This document shows, one piece after another, positions 1 through 8,712 of a stretch of 64,000 nt of DNA. Position 1 is the first letter of the stretch; each line of letters starts with the position of its first letter. Location: contig CAVPLM010000005.1 in NCBI GenBank assembly GCA_963706025.1, positions 416,001 to 480,000 on the forward strand, written 5' to 3'. The notes beneath the pieces are model-generated. The model ran no database searches, was not told the DNA's origin, and was given only the letters and a program-made list of their open reading frames with translations. Made by a program: the position numbers and the translations under genes. The DNA is from an uncultured Actinomycetes bacterium. GTDB taxonomy: Bacteria > Actinomycetota > Thermoleophilia > RBG-16-64-13.

Positions 1-531
1 GTTGTCGGCCGGGGTGTGGCAGCACATGTAGGGTAGATCCAGCAGACGGGCTGCGGCGATGTTCTGCTCGTTGTTGCGCGGATGCAGGGCCCGCATTATC
101 TCGGTCATGCGCTCGCTCATCACTGAGTCGCCATAGGCTATGGAGACCCCGAACTTGCGCCACACGTCTGCTTGAACACCCATCACTTCTTCCAGGCGGG
201 CGAGGGCGCGACCTTCCGGGTGGTGGGCGAGAAGCAGGTCGACGGTCCGTCCCTTGGCCCGCAGCGCATCGGCCAGCAGGACTTCACCGACCTCCAGGTC
301 GATCCCGACCAGGACGCCGCGGACCTCGGTTTCGGGATCACCGACGAGGATCCGGGTATCGGCATAGGGGTTGACCAAGGATTCGGGGTCATACTCCCAG
401 CGCTTCTCCTGCGCGAGGGCCTCGAAGTCCTTGCGCGCCTGCTCGAGGACCCGAGCGACGCCCTCCTCACCTCGAGGATCCGCGGCCATGCCTGCCCGGA
501 ACGCTACCTCGTACATCTCCCCCAGTCTCAT
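1..531 (-). CDS. NIF3 (NGG1p interacting factor 3)-like protein, 3' end outside window
   Basis: Manual translation MRLGEMYEVAFRAGMAADPRG...NPYADTRIL...LVGIDLEVGE...LLAHHPEG...CHTPADN; SD GGAGG upstream; absent from the ORF track because it runs off the edge. Confidence 0.85.
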   Translation of the reverse strand, partial: MRLGEMYEVAFRAGMAADPRGEEGVARVLEQARKDFEALAQEKRWEYDPESLVNPYADTRILVGDPETEVRGVLVGIDLEVGEVLLADALRAKGRTVDLLLAHHPEGRALARLEEVMGVQADVWRKFGVSIAYGDSVMSERMTEIMRALHPRNNEQNIAAARLLDLPYMCCHTPADN

Positions 532-536
532 CCTCT

Positions 537-1214
537 TCACCCTCCTCTTGATTGCACACGACGGCTTACGTAGGTGCTTTCACTCATGATGAACCTTAGG
601 AGCAGGCGATCTCCTTTGGAGATGCCGATCCTTTCGGTGCAATGCACCTTGGGGGCCACACCGTCGTCGATGACGTACAGTGTCGACGCTTCCCCCAAAG
701 GAAGACCATTCAGTCCCAGATGAAGGCCCAAAGCCTGCCCGACCCTTCCCGGCCCGCAACAGAGGCGAGGTCCATCGTGCCGGGAGTCCGGAACCTGCGC
801 CCACCGGCCTGTGGCGCTCCCGTTCCCCACTCGGTTGCACCTGAGATGTTGCGTTTCACCCAAAGGCTCGAACGAGCGGACCAGGACCGCCGAGCCCACC
901 TCTTCCCGATCGCATACCAGGTTGAGTAAGACGTGCACCCCATAACTCAGGTAGACATATACGCTACCGGGCGGTCCGAACATGGCCGCGTTGCGCCTGG
1001 TCAGGCCGCAGGCTGCGTGACAGGCCGGGTCGTCTTGGGGAAGATAGGCTTCGACTTCGGTCAGCCGACCTCCGCCGATGCCAGGGCGCCAGAGTATCTT
1101 CCCGATCAGGTCCGGACCGACCTCATCTGAAGGGCGAGCGAAGAATGCCGACGGAACTACTGACCCGCGAGGCAGTTCCACGCGAGCGGGAAATTCGGTT
1201 ATGCAGGAATCCAT
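537..1214 (-). CDS. mpg: DNA-3-methyladenine glycosylase (Mpg/AAG family)
   Basis: Motifs TEVEAY, D.ACHA, MFGPPG..YVY..YG, GPGR..QALG, RIGISK. Confidence 0.92.
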   Translation of the reverse strand: MDSCITEFPARVELPRGSVVPSAFFARPSDEVGPDLIGKILWRPGIGGGRLTEVEAYLPQDDPACHAACGLTRRNAAMFGPPGSVYVYLSYGVHVLLNLVCDREEVGSAVLVRSFEPLGETQHLRCNRVGNGSATGRWAQVPDSRHDGPRLCCGPGRVGQALGLHLGLNGLPLGEASTLYVIDDGVAPKVHCTERIGISKGDRLLLRFIMSESTYVSRRVQSRGG

Positions 1215-1310
1215 GCACTTATGTTATCAGCCTGCGTGGATGAACAGGCCGCGACGTCACCTCAAGGCGTGGGGCTAGTCAGGTACTAAGTTCCGGCCCG
1301 CCCGCGCCGG

Positions 1311-2720
1311 CTACTCTCCTGAGGGGCCCAACACATCTCGAGCAAGACTGAGTTGCTCCGCCACCCGCTGGGGGGCGGTCCCCCCGGGCGAAACTTTGGC
1401 GGCCACTACGCGATCCAGGTCCACCGCAGCGTAGTAGTCTTCGGCAAACAGCGGGCTGATCTCCAACAACTCGGCTCTTGTAGCTGCCGCCAATGGGCGG
1501 TCCTGAGCGGCAAGAAGCGCTACCAAGCGGCCGGTGAGCCGGTGGGCCTCGCGAAAAGGCAAACCTTTCTCCACCAGGTAGTCCGCCACGTCCGTCGCTT
1601 GGGCGTAGCCCCCTTCGGCGGCCCGTCTTCCCTGCTCCCGGTCGAACACCAGCCCCTGGACCATGGCCGTCATCGCGTCTAGACAGAGATCGAGTTCGTC
1701 GCGGCTGGCGAACACGTAGAGTTTGTCTTCCTGCAGGTCTTTGTTGTATGCGAGGGGAAGTCCCTTGAGAAGCGCGCCCAGGCCTAGCAGGCGGGCAAGG
1801 AAACCCGCGGTCTTGGCTCGGACCAACTCGGCCGCGTCGGGGTTGCGCTTCTGGGGCATGATGCTGGACCCTGAGGTCCAGGAGTCGGGGAGCGCGGCCA
1901 GACCGAATTCCTGGGTGGTCCACAGGATGATCTCCTCGGCCAGACGGGACAAAGTGAGCGCGCAACTGGTGGCGATGGCCAGGTAGGCGAAAGCGGTGTC
2001 CCTGGCGGCTACCGCATCCATGGCGTTTGGTGCCACCCGGGAGAAGCCCAGCTCGGCCGCCACCTGTTCCCTGTCGAGAGGGTAGTTGACCCCGGCCAGA
2101 GCACCTGCTCCCAAGGGCATCCAGGAGGAGCCGACCCATTCGTCGAACCGCTGTCGATCTCGTTCGAGCATGAAGAAGTATGCGAGCAGGTGATGGGCAA
2201 GCGAAACGGGCTGCGCCCGCTGCAGGTGAGTGTAGCCGGGGATGATAGTCGCCTGATGGTCCTCGGCCTGGTCAAGCAGGGCGCCCATCAAGGCGGCCAC
2301 TCGCTTCTGGTGTCCGCCGACCGCGTCGCGCAGGTAGAGTTGCAGGTCGAGCGCCACCTGGTCGTTGCGGCTGCGCCCGGTGTGCACCTTGCCTCCCACC
2401 GGACCGACGATCTCGGTCAAACGCCGTTCGATGGCCATGTGGATGTCCTCGTCCTCCAAAGACCAGGAGAAGGTGCGGTCTTCCACCTCTCGAGCCACCT
2501 GCGCCAGACCCTCCAGGATACGGTCCCGCTCCTCGGCGGTCATGACCCCGATGGCTGCCAGCATGCGCACGTGGGCACGGGAACCGGCGATGTCGTAGGG
2601 GGCCAGCACATAGTCGAACGGGATGGAAGCATTGAGGCGCTCGAAAAGGGGCGCCTGGGCGGCTTTGAAACGGCCGCCCCACGGCTTGTCGCCACCGCTG
2701 CCGGGGATCGCTTGGCTCAC
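1311..2720 (-). CDS. argH: argininosuccinate lyase
   Basis: WGGRF, HTGRSRNDQ, PGYTHLQRAQP, GSSIMPQKRNPD; start taken as the GTG overlapping the argG stop (GTGA). Confidence 0.97.
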   Translation of the reverse strand: MSQAIPGSGGDKPWGGRFKAAQAPLFERLNASIPFDYVLAPYDIAGSRAHVRMLAAIGVMTAEERDRILEGLAQVAREVEDRTFSWSLEDEDIHMAIERRLTEIVGPVGGKVHTGRSRNDQVALDLQLYLRDAVGGHQKRVAALMGALLDQAEDHQATIIPGYTHLQRAQPVSLAHHLLAYFFMLERDRQRFDEWVGSSWMPLGAGALAGVNYPLDREQVAAELGFSRVAPNAMDAVAARDTAFAYLAIATSCALTLSRLAEEIILWTTQEFGLAALPDSWTSGSSIMPQKRNPDAAELVRAKTAGFLARLLGLGALLKGLPLAYNKDLQEDKLYVFASRDELDLCLDAMTAMVQGLVFDREQGRRAAEGGYAQATDVADYLVEKGLPFREAHRLTGRLVALLAAQDRPLAAATRAELLEISPLFAEDYYAAVDLDRVVAAKVSPGGTAPQRVAEQLSLARDVLGPSGE

Positions 2721-3928
2721 AGCAGGCCTTGGCGACGGCGGGCCCACACTTCCACCGGCAAGCCCCAGAGTTGGACAAAGCCTTTGGCCGATTCGTGACT
2801 GAACGTATCGCCCGATCCGTAGGTGGCCAGCTTGCCCACATAGAGCGAGTTCGGGGAGCGTCTGCCCACCAGGCTGCAAGAGCCTTTGTAGTAGCGCAGT
2901 CGGGCCTCTCCGGTCACGTACTTCTGGCTCTCGTCGATGAACGCGCGCACGGCGTCGGCCAGGGGGCTGAACCACAGGCCCTCGTAGATCAGTTCGGTGA
3001 GCCGCTGGTCGATGATGGTCTTGAAGTGCTGCAACTCCCGGGTGAGGGTCAGGTCTTCGATCTCCCTGTGGGCCATGATCAGAGAGAGTGAACCGGCTAC
3101 CTCATACGTCTCCCGGCTCTTGATCCCCACCAGGCGGTTCTCCACCATGTCCACTCGACCGAAGCCATGAGACCCTCCGATCTTGTCGACCGTCTCGACC
3201 AGACGCACAGGATCCATCTCCTGACCGTCGAGGGAGATCGGGATGCCGGCCTCGAACCCTATGACCACCTCGACGGGCTCATCGGGGGCCTTGGTCGGAT
3301 CGACGGTGAAGACGTACGCATCGGAGGGCGCCGCCCGCCAGGGATCCTCCAGCTCTCCGCATTCGATAGCTCGCCCCCAGAGGTTCTCATCGATGGAGTA
3401 AGGGTTCTTCTTGGTAAGGGGGAGTTCTATGCCTCGAGCCGCAATATAGTCCATGAGCTCCTGACGGGTCATGTTCCAGTCCCGAGCCGGCCCGAGCACC
3501 GTGATCGAGGGGTCCAGGCAGCGGATGGAGACATCCATGCGCACCTGGTCGTTACCTTTGGCGGTACAGCCGTGGGCCACCACCTTCGCCCCGTACTGAT
3601 GCGCGAGCTCCACCATCTTCTTGGAGATGAGCGGGCGCGAGAGGGCGGAATGTAGAGGGTACTTTCCCTCATACAGCGCATTGGCCTTGAGAGCCGGGAA
3701 GGCGAAATCCCGAAGGAATTCCTCTTTGGCATCGATGACCACCGACTCGGCGGCGCCGGCTTGGAGCGCCCGCGACTGGGCGCCCTCGATGTCTTGCATG
3801 CGGCCCACATCTACCAGGGCGCAAATCATCTCGTAGCCGTGCTTCTCTTTCATATATGGGATCAGAGCGGAGGTGTCGAGACCTCCGGAATAGGCCAGTA
3901 CGCACTTCTCGTTGCCCATCTGTTTCAC
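2717..3928 (-). CDS. argG: argininosuccinate synthase
   Basis: LAYSGGLDTS, HGCTAKGNDQVR, YSIDENLWGR, ENRLVGIKSRE. Confidence 0.98.
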   Translation of the reverse strand: MKQMGNEKCVLAYSGGLDTSALIPYMKEKHGYEMICALVDVGRMQDIEGAQSRALQAGAAESVVIDAKEEFLRDFAFPALKANALYEGKYPLHSALSRPLISKKMVELAHQYGAKVVAHGCTAKGNDQVRMDVSIRCLDPSITVLGPARDWNMTRQELMDYIAARGIELPLTKKNPYSIDENLWGRAIECGELEDPWRAAPSDAYVFTVDPTKAPDEPVEVVIGFEAGIPISLDGQEMDPVRLVETVDKIGGSHGFGRVDMVENRLVGIKSRETYEVAGSLSLIMAHREIEDLTLTRELQHFKTIIDQRLTELIYEGLWFSPLADAVRAFIDESQKYVTGEARLRYYKGSCSLVGRRSPNSLYVGKLATYGSGDTFSHESAKGFVQLWGLPVEVWARRRQGLL

Positions 3929-4383
3929 CCTCCCAGTTGCGTGAGATACCTGTATACGGCTTCAGCCGCCTGCATGTCCTTGCTCACCACGATGACCGTG
4001 TCGTCTCCGGCCACGCAGCCGAGGATCAACTCATGGTCCAGCTCGTCGATGACCCGGCCCATGCCGGGGGCAGTCCCGGGGTCGCACCGTACGACGAGCA
4101 GGTTCTGTGCCGCCTCCACACCCCGCCCGAACTCCTTGAGCATCCGGCCACAGGCAGTTGGAGGATCCGGGCGTTCCTCGAGATTGGGTACAAAAACGTA
4201 CCGCAGCCGTCCGACCGGGTCGCGCCCCTTCTGCAGGCCGATCTCACGTAGATCCCGGCTGATGGTGGCCTGGGTGACGACGCAACCGGAGGCTGCCAGT
4301 TCCTGCACCAGTTCTCGCTGGCTGGTGATGGGCCGGCTCTTCAGCACGCGGCGGATGATCTGTTGACGTTGCCGCTTGTTCAC
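3925..4383 (-). CDS. argR: arginine repressor
   Basis: TQATISRDL winged helix; C-terminal G.VAGDDT. Confidence 0.97.
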   Translation of the reverse strand: MNKRQRQQIIRRVLKSRPITSQRELVQELAASGCVVTQATISRDLREIGLQKGRDPVGRLRYVFVPNLEERPDPPTACGRMLKEFGRGVEAAQNLLVVRCDPGTAPGMGRVIDELDHELILGCVAGDDTVIVVSKDMQAAEAVYRYLTQLGG

Positions 4384-5300
4384 GACGCACCGCCACCCAG
4401 CAGGAAGACCATGAGGGCCTTCTGTGCGTGGAGCCGGTTCTCAGCCTGGTCGAAGACCGCCGACTGCGGACCGTCCATCACCTCATCGGTGATCTCATCG
4501 CCTCGATGGGCGGGGAGACAGTGAAGAACGATGGCCTCCGGCCGAGCCAGAGCGAGCAGGGAGGCGTTGAGTTGATACGGTCTCAGGGCTTCGACCTTGG
4601 CTGCGTCTGGCACCTGGCCCATGCTGATCCACACGTCGGTATAGAGAGCCGAGGCGCCGCTCACCGCCGCCTTCGGGTCCCGCTCCTCCCGCACTTGCGT
4701 GCCGTGCGCGCTCGCCAGCGCCCTGATCGACTCCATCCTTGCCACAGGGAGGTCGCTCCCTTCCGGGGAACTCAGACACACGTCGATGCCGGCCAGCGCC
4801 CCAGCCTCGGCCAGAGAGGCGGCGACGTTGTTCCCGTCGCCCAAGTACACGATCTTACGGCCCACCGGATCGGCGAACCGTTCCCTGAACGTCTGGATGT
4901 CGGCGAGGGCCTGGCACGGGTGGTCCGAGTCGGTCAGGGCATTGATGACCGGCACGGACGCGGCGGCGGCGAGGTCCTCCACATCCTTCTGGGCGAAGGT
5001 GCGGATCACGATCGCGTCCACGTACCGGGACAGTACCCGGGCCGTGTCTTCCAGGCTCTCCGACTTCCGCATCTGCAATTCCTGCTCGGAGAGATAGAGG
5101 GGCATCCCCCCCAACTGGTGGACTCCAACGCTGAAGGAGACGCGAGTGCGGGTGGAAGGCTTCCCGAAGATCAGGGCCACGGTCTTGCCCTGAAGGACAC
5201 CCCCCCGGGGATTGCGTTTCCAGGCGGCAGCCTGGGTCAACACGGCGTCGAAATCCGCTTGGCTGAGGTCCGTGATCTTGAGGAAGTGCCTGAGTTCCAC
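4380..5300 (-). CDS. argF: ornithine carbamoyltransferase
   Basis: STRTR, HPCQALAD, YTDVWISMG, HCLP motifs; start estimated at GTG 5300. Confidence 0.96.
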   Translation of the reverse strand: MELRHFLKITDLSQADFDAVLTQAAAWKRNPRGGVLQGKTVALIFGKPSTRTRVSFSVGVHQLGGMPLYLSEQELQMRKSESLEDTARVLSRYVDAIVIRTFAQKDVEDLAAAASVPVINALTDSDHPCQALADIQTFRERFADPVGRKIVYLGDGNNVAASLAEAGALAGIDVCLSSPEGSDLPVARMESIRALASAHGTQVREERDPKAAVSGASALYTDVWISMGQVPDAAKVEALRPYQLNASLLALARPEAIVLHCLPAHRGDEITDEVMDGPQSAVFDQAENRLHAQKALMVFLLGGGAS

Positions 5301-5310
5301 TGCCCACCCC

Positions 5311-6210
5311 CTAGACTCGGGAAACGCTGCTACCAGGGACGATCTTGGTGCCCAACCCGGCATCGTCGGTCATGACCTCCAGGAGGACAGAGTGGGGGAT
5401 CCTTCCATCGATGATATGGGCTGCGGCCACTCCCCCTTGAAGACTGGTCAGTACTGCTTCCAACTTGGGGATCATGCCCTTTGAGACCTTGCCGTTGTCC
5501 ATGAGTTCGATCAGGTCGTCGCTCGTGCACTCCGAGATCACGCTGGTCTCATCTTCGATATCGGCGTGCAGACCTGTGACGTCGGTGAGAAAGATGACCT
5601 TCTCCGCTTTGAGAGCCGCCGCTAGCGCTCCGGCGACGGTGTCGGCGTTGATGTTGTAGCTCTCCCCTCCTGACCCGGTGCCCACCGAGGCCACCACCGG
5701 CACATAATCGGCGTCCAAAAGGCTGAGAAGCTCGGTGTTCACCTCGGTCACCTCGCCGACCAGACCCAGGTCCAGCGGAGCTCCGTCGGGCCCCCGCTTG
5801 AGCAGCGGCTCCGCCCGCAGGAGGAAGCCGTCGTCACCGCACAGGCCGACGGCCGGTGCTCCCTTACTGTTGATGAGGCTGACGATCTCTTTGTTGACCT
5901 TGCCCACCAGCACCATCTTCGCCACTTCCATGGTGGCCGCGTCGGTGACTCGAAGACCCTCAACGAATCTGACGGGCAGATCGAGCCTTCTCATGTAGTC
6001 ACTGATCTCGTTTCCGCCCCCATGGACGATGATGGGCTTGATGCCGACATAGCGCAGCAGGGCTATGTCGGTGGCGAACTCGTCCTTCAAGTCGGCGGAG
6101 CTCATCGCAGCTCCCCCGTACTTGATGACCATAGTGGTGCCGCTGAACATGCGGATCCACGGGAGCGATTCGAGGAGCGTCTGCACCCGCTTGCGATATA
6201 TCTCGCGCAT
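5311..6210 (-). CDS. argB: acetylglutamate kinase
   Basis: IKYGGAAM, VHGGG, GLRVTD, NINADTVA, GMIPK. Confidence 0.96.
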   Translation of the reverse strand: MREIYRKRVQTLLESLPWIRMFSGTTMVIKYGGAAMSSADLKDEFATDIALLRYVGIKPIIVHGGGNEISDYMRRLDLPVRFVEGLRVTDAATMEVAKMVLVGKVNKEIVSLINSKGAPAVGLCGDDGFLLRAEPLLKRGPDGAPLDLGLVGEVTEVNTELLSLLDADYVPVVASVGTGSGGESYNINADTVAGALAAALKAEKVIFLTDVTGLHADIEDETSVISECTSDDLIELMDNGKVSKGMIPKLEAVLTSLQGGVAAAHIIDGRIPHSVLLEVMTDDAGLGTKIVPGSSVSRV

Positions 6211-6227
6211 GACTTCGGTCGACCTTC

Positions 6228-7535
6228 CTAGGTGTGGTACTCGGCGTTGATGGTGATGTACTCGTGACCCATGTCGGCGAAGAACAGCTCCGTCGACTCG
6301 GAACCAAGCCCGAGGTACACCGTGATGTCGATCTCCGGCTGCTTCATAGCCTCGGTCATGACGGCTCGGTCGGCGTCCGAGACCGCGCAGGCCGATCCGC
6401 TTTCGACAACGGTGACCCCACACAGCTGCAGCGATGCATCCGGCAGAGACCGCCCGGCCATGGCCGCGCCGGCCGAACTGATGATGCGGCCCCAGTTAGG
6501 GTCGCCGCCGTGCATGGCGGTCTTGACCAAGGGCGAATTCGCGACAGCCCGGGCCACTGCTATGGCGCTGGGGGCCGTCTCGGCGCCGGCGACGCGCAGG
6601 CGCATGATCTTGCTCGCTCCTTCACCGTCGGCGACCATCATGAGGGCTACCCGCAGAAGCATGGCCTCCAGGGCGCCGGCAAGGCGGGAGAGATCGTCTC
6701 CCCGTGGTCGCACGCCCGAAGCGCCGCTGGACAAAAAGAACACCGAGTCGTTGGTGCTCATCTCGCCATCGACGGTGACGCGGTTGAACGACCCAGCCAC
6801 GGCTGCCGCAAGGAGAGACTGCATCTCCGCAGACGACAGCACCGCATCGGTGGTCGCGACGCACAGCATGGTGGCCATTGCGGGCGAGATCATGCCAGCG
6901 CCCTTGGCACACACGCCCAGCCGGACCATGCCGGCGCTCGTCTCTACCTCGTAGGCGCATATTTTGGGGAAGCGGTCCGTGGTCATGATGCTACGATTGA
7001 ACTCGGGACCACCTCCTGGCTTGATCGCAGCCGCCGCCTTCCTGGCGCCGGCGGCCATGAAGTCGGCGTCTAGCTGCACTCCGATGATGCCGGTCGAGCA
7101 CACCGCTACCGCTCTGGGCGGAACATCCAGCGCCTCCGCAGAGGCCGTCTGCATCGCCCGGGCTACGGCCAGTCCAGCGGCGCCCGTGCAGGCGTTGGCG
7201 TTCGCGCTGTTCATGACCACCGCCACGAGGTGGTCCAGGTCGCACTCCGTCCTGTTGAGAACGATCGGGGCAGCGGCGAAGGCATTGCTCGTGAAGACCG
7301 CGGCAGAAGTCGCCTGCGATCGCCACTCCGGCGCGACACTGAGGACGCCCATGTCCGGACCTCCGCTGTCCTTCAGGCCGGCCACGATCCCCCCAGCCAA
7401 GAACCCACCCGGGAACGTGGCCCCGGGCGATCCAGCGGGCGGCTCCACAAGGCTCACTCCCTCGGGGACCACCAGAAAACGCGAATCGTTGGGGGCGACG
7501 ACGACCGGGTGGTCCAGCCCACCGGTGTTGCTCAT
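6228..7535 (-). CDS. argJ: bifunctional glutamate N-acetyltransferase / ornithine acetyltransferase
   Basis: NSANANACTG, STGIIG, IMTTD, KGAGMI.P.MATML, DGEGA, INAEYHT. Confidence 0.96.
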   Translation of the reverse strand: MSNTGGLDHPVVVAPNDSRFLVVPEGVSLVEPPAGSPGATFPGGFLAGGIVAGLKDSGGPDMGVLSVAPEWRSQATSAAVFTSNAFAAAPIVLNRTECDLDHLVAVVMNSANANACTGAAGLAVARAMQTASAEALDVPPRAVAVCSTGIIGVQLDADFMAAGARKAAAAIKPGGGPEFNRSIMTTDRFPKICAYEVETSAGMVRLGVCAKGAGMISPAMATMLCVATTDAVLSSAEMQSLLAAAVAGSFNRVTVDGEMSTNDSVFFLSSGASGVRPRGDDLSRLAGALEAMLLRVALMMVADGEGASKIMRLRVAGAETAPSAIAVARAVANSPLVKTAMHGGDPNWGRIISSAGAAMAGRSLPDASLQLCGVTVVESGSACAVSDADRAVMTEAMKQPEIDITVYLGLGSESTELFFADMGHEYITINAEYHT

Positions 7536-8545
7536 ACTCTCCTCCTCAGTCCCGCATCTTCGGCAAGCCCGAACATGCAGTTCATGTTCTGTACCGCCTG
7601 GCCCGAAGCGCCCTTGACGAGATTGTCGATGACCGTGATGACCTTCACCAGGCCCGCTGCGGCGTCCTCCCGCACGGTCAGTCGACAGTAGTTGGTGTTC
7701 GCGACCTCCGCCAAGCCGGGCGCGTGCTCGCACACCTCGACGAACGCTTCGTCTGCATAGAAGGCACGGTACCGTTCCAACCAGGACTCGGTACCGATCG
7801 GTCCGCCTCGCGGTCGAAAGTACAGGGTGCTGAGGATCCCCCGGTCGACCGGCAGTAGATGGGGCGTGAACGACACTGAAAGCGCCCGCCCCGCGGCCAC
7901 GCTCAGCTCCTGTACCATCTCGGGGGTGTGACGGTGTCCGATCTCGCTGTAGGCGCGGAAGTCCTCGTTGACGGCGCAGAAATGCGTCTTCTCGGAAGGG
8001 GATCGCCCCGCGCCCGAGACGCCCGATTTCGAATCCACCACCACCCCGCCGTCATCGATCTCTTCGGCGATCGGCAACAGGCCCAGGAGCATGCCCGTGG
8101 GATAGCAGCCGGGGTTGGCGACCAACCTGGCCTTCGCGATCCTGCTCCGATGCAGCTCGGGCAGGCCGAACACCGCCTCTGCCACCAGATCGGGTCTTGG
8201 ATGCACGAAGCCGTACCAGTCTGCATAAGCGTGAGGGTCTGTCAGCCGGAAGTCGGCGCTCAGATCCACCACCCGGCACTCGGAGTCCACAAGCGCAGCG
8301 ACCACCTCGTGAGCTTCGCCGTGGGGATAGCAGACGAACACCACGTTCGATCCTGCCACGGCCTCGAGCGAGTACTGGGCATAGACTCCCTCCACACGCA
8401 GGTGCGGGAAGACCTCGCTCACACTCCGGCCGACGTACGACTTCGAGGTCAGAGCTTTCAAGCGCACGTCCGGATGAGACGCAAGGATATCTGTGAGGAC
8501 GGCTCCGGTGTAACCGGTCGCTCCGACGACGCTGGCCGTTATCAC
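7532..8545 (-). CDS. argC: N-acetyl-gamma-glutamyl-phosphate reductase
   Basis: GATGYTG, DLSADFRL, VANPGCYPT, SGVSGAGR, DNLVKGASGQA. Confidence 0.97.
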   Translation of the reverse strand: MITASVVGATGYTGAVLTDILASHPDVRLKALTSKSYVGRSVSEVFPHLRVEGVYAQYSLEAVAGSNVVFVCYPHGEAHEVVAALVDSECRVVDLSADFRLTDPHAYADWYGFVHPRPDLVAEAVFGLPELHRSRIAKARLVANPGCYPTGMLLGLLPIAEEIDDGGVVVDSKSGVSGAGRSPSEKTHFCAVNEDFRAYSEIGHRHTPEMVQELSVAAGRALSVSFTPHLLPVDRGILSTLYFRPRGGPIGTESWLERYRAFYADEAFVEVCEHAPGLAEVANTNYCRLTVREDAAAGLVKVITVIDNLVKGASGQAVQNMNCMFGLAEDAGLRRRV

Positions 8546-8580
8546 TTGCCTACCTTCTTATCTCCCGATCGACGATCACG

Positions 8581-8618
8581 AGTGCATGAATATACAGTCT
8601 CTTGCAAGAACATACAAG
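8581..8618. promoter_or_regulatory. tandem ARG boxes (ArgR operator) upstream of argC
   Basis: AGTGCATGAATATACAGT and CTTGCAAGAACATACAAG, two imperfect palindromes at 20-bp period, about 35 bp upstream of argC; argR is in the operon. Confidence 0.8.
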
Positions 8619-8712
8619 GAAAGGCGGCAGTAGAACTGGGGACTCCGAAAGTCCACGGCCGAGATCCCCTCCCGCGCCGATCGGTGATCGTGCCGAGAGA
8701 CGCCGGGCTTGA

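Noticed and set aside
2721-2975. Long N-terminal extensions of argH (also argJ, argB, lipA and the fdhF-like gene) in the ORF track
   Set aside because: They overlap the upstream genes; better starts with stop/start overlaps or SD sequences exist downstream.
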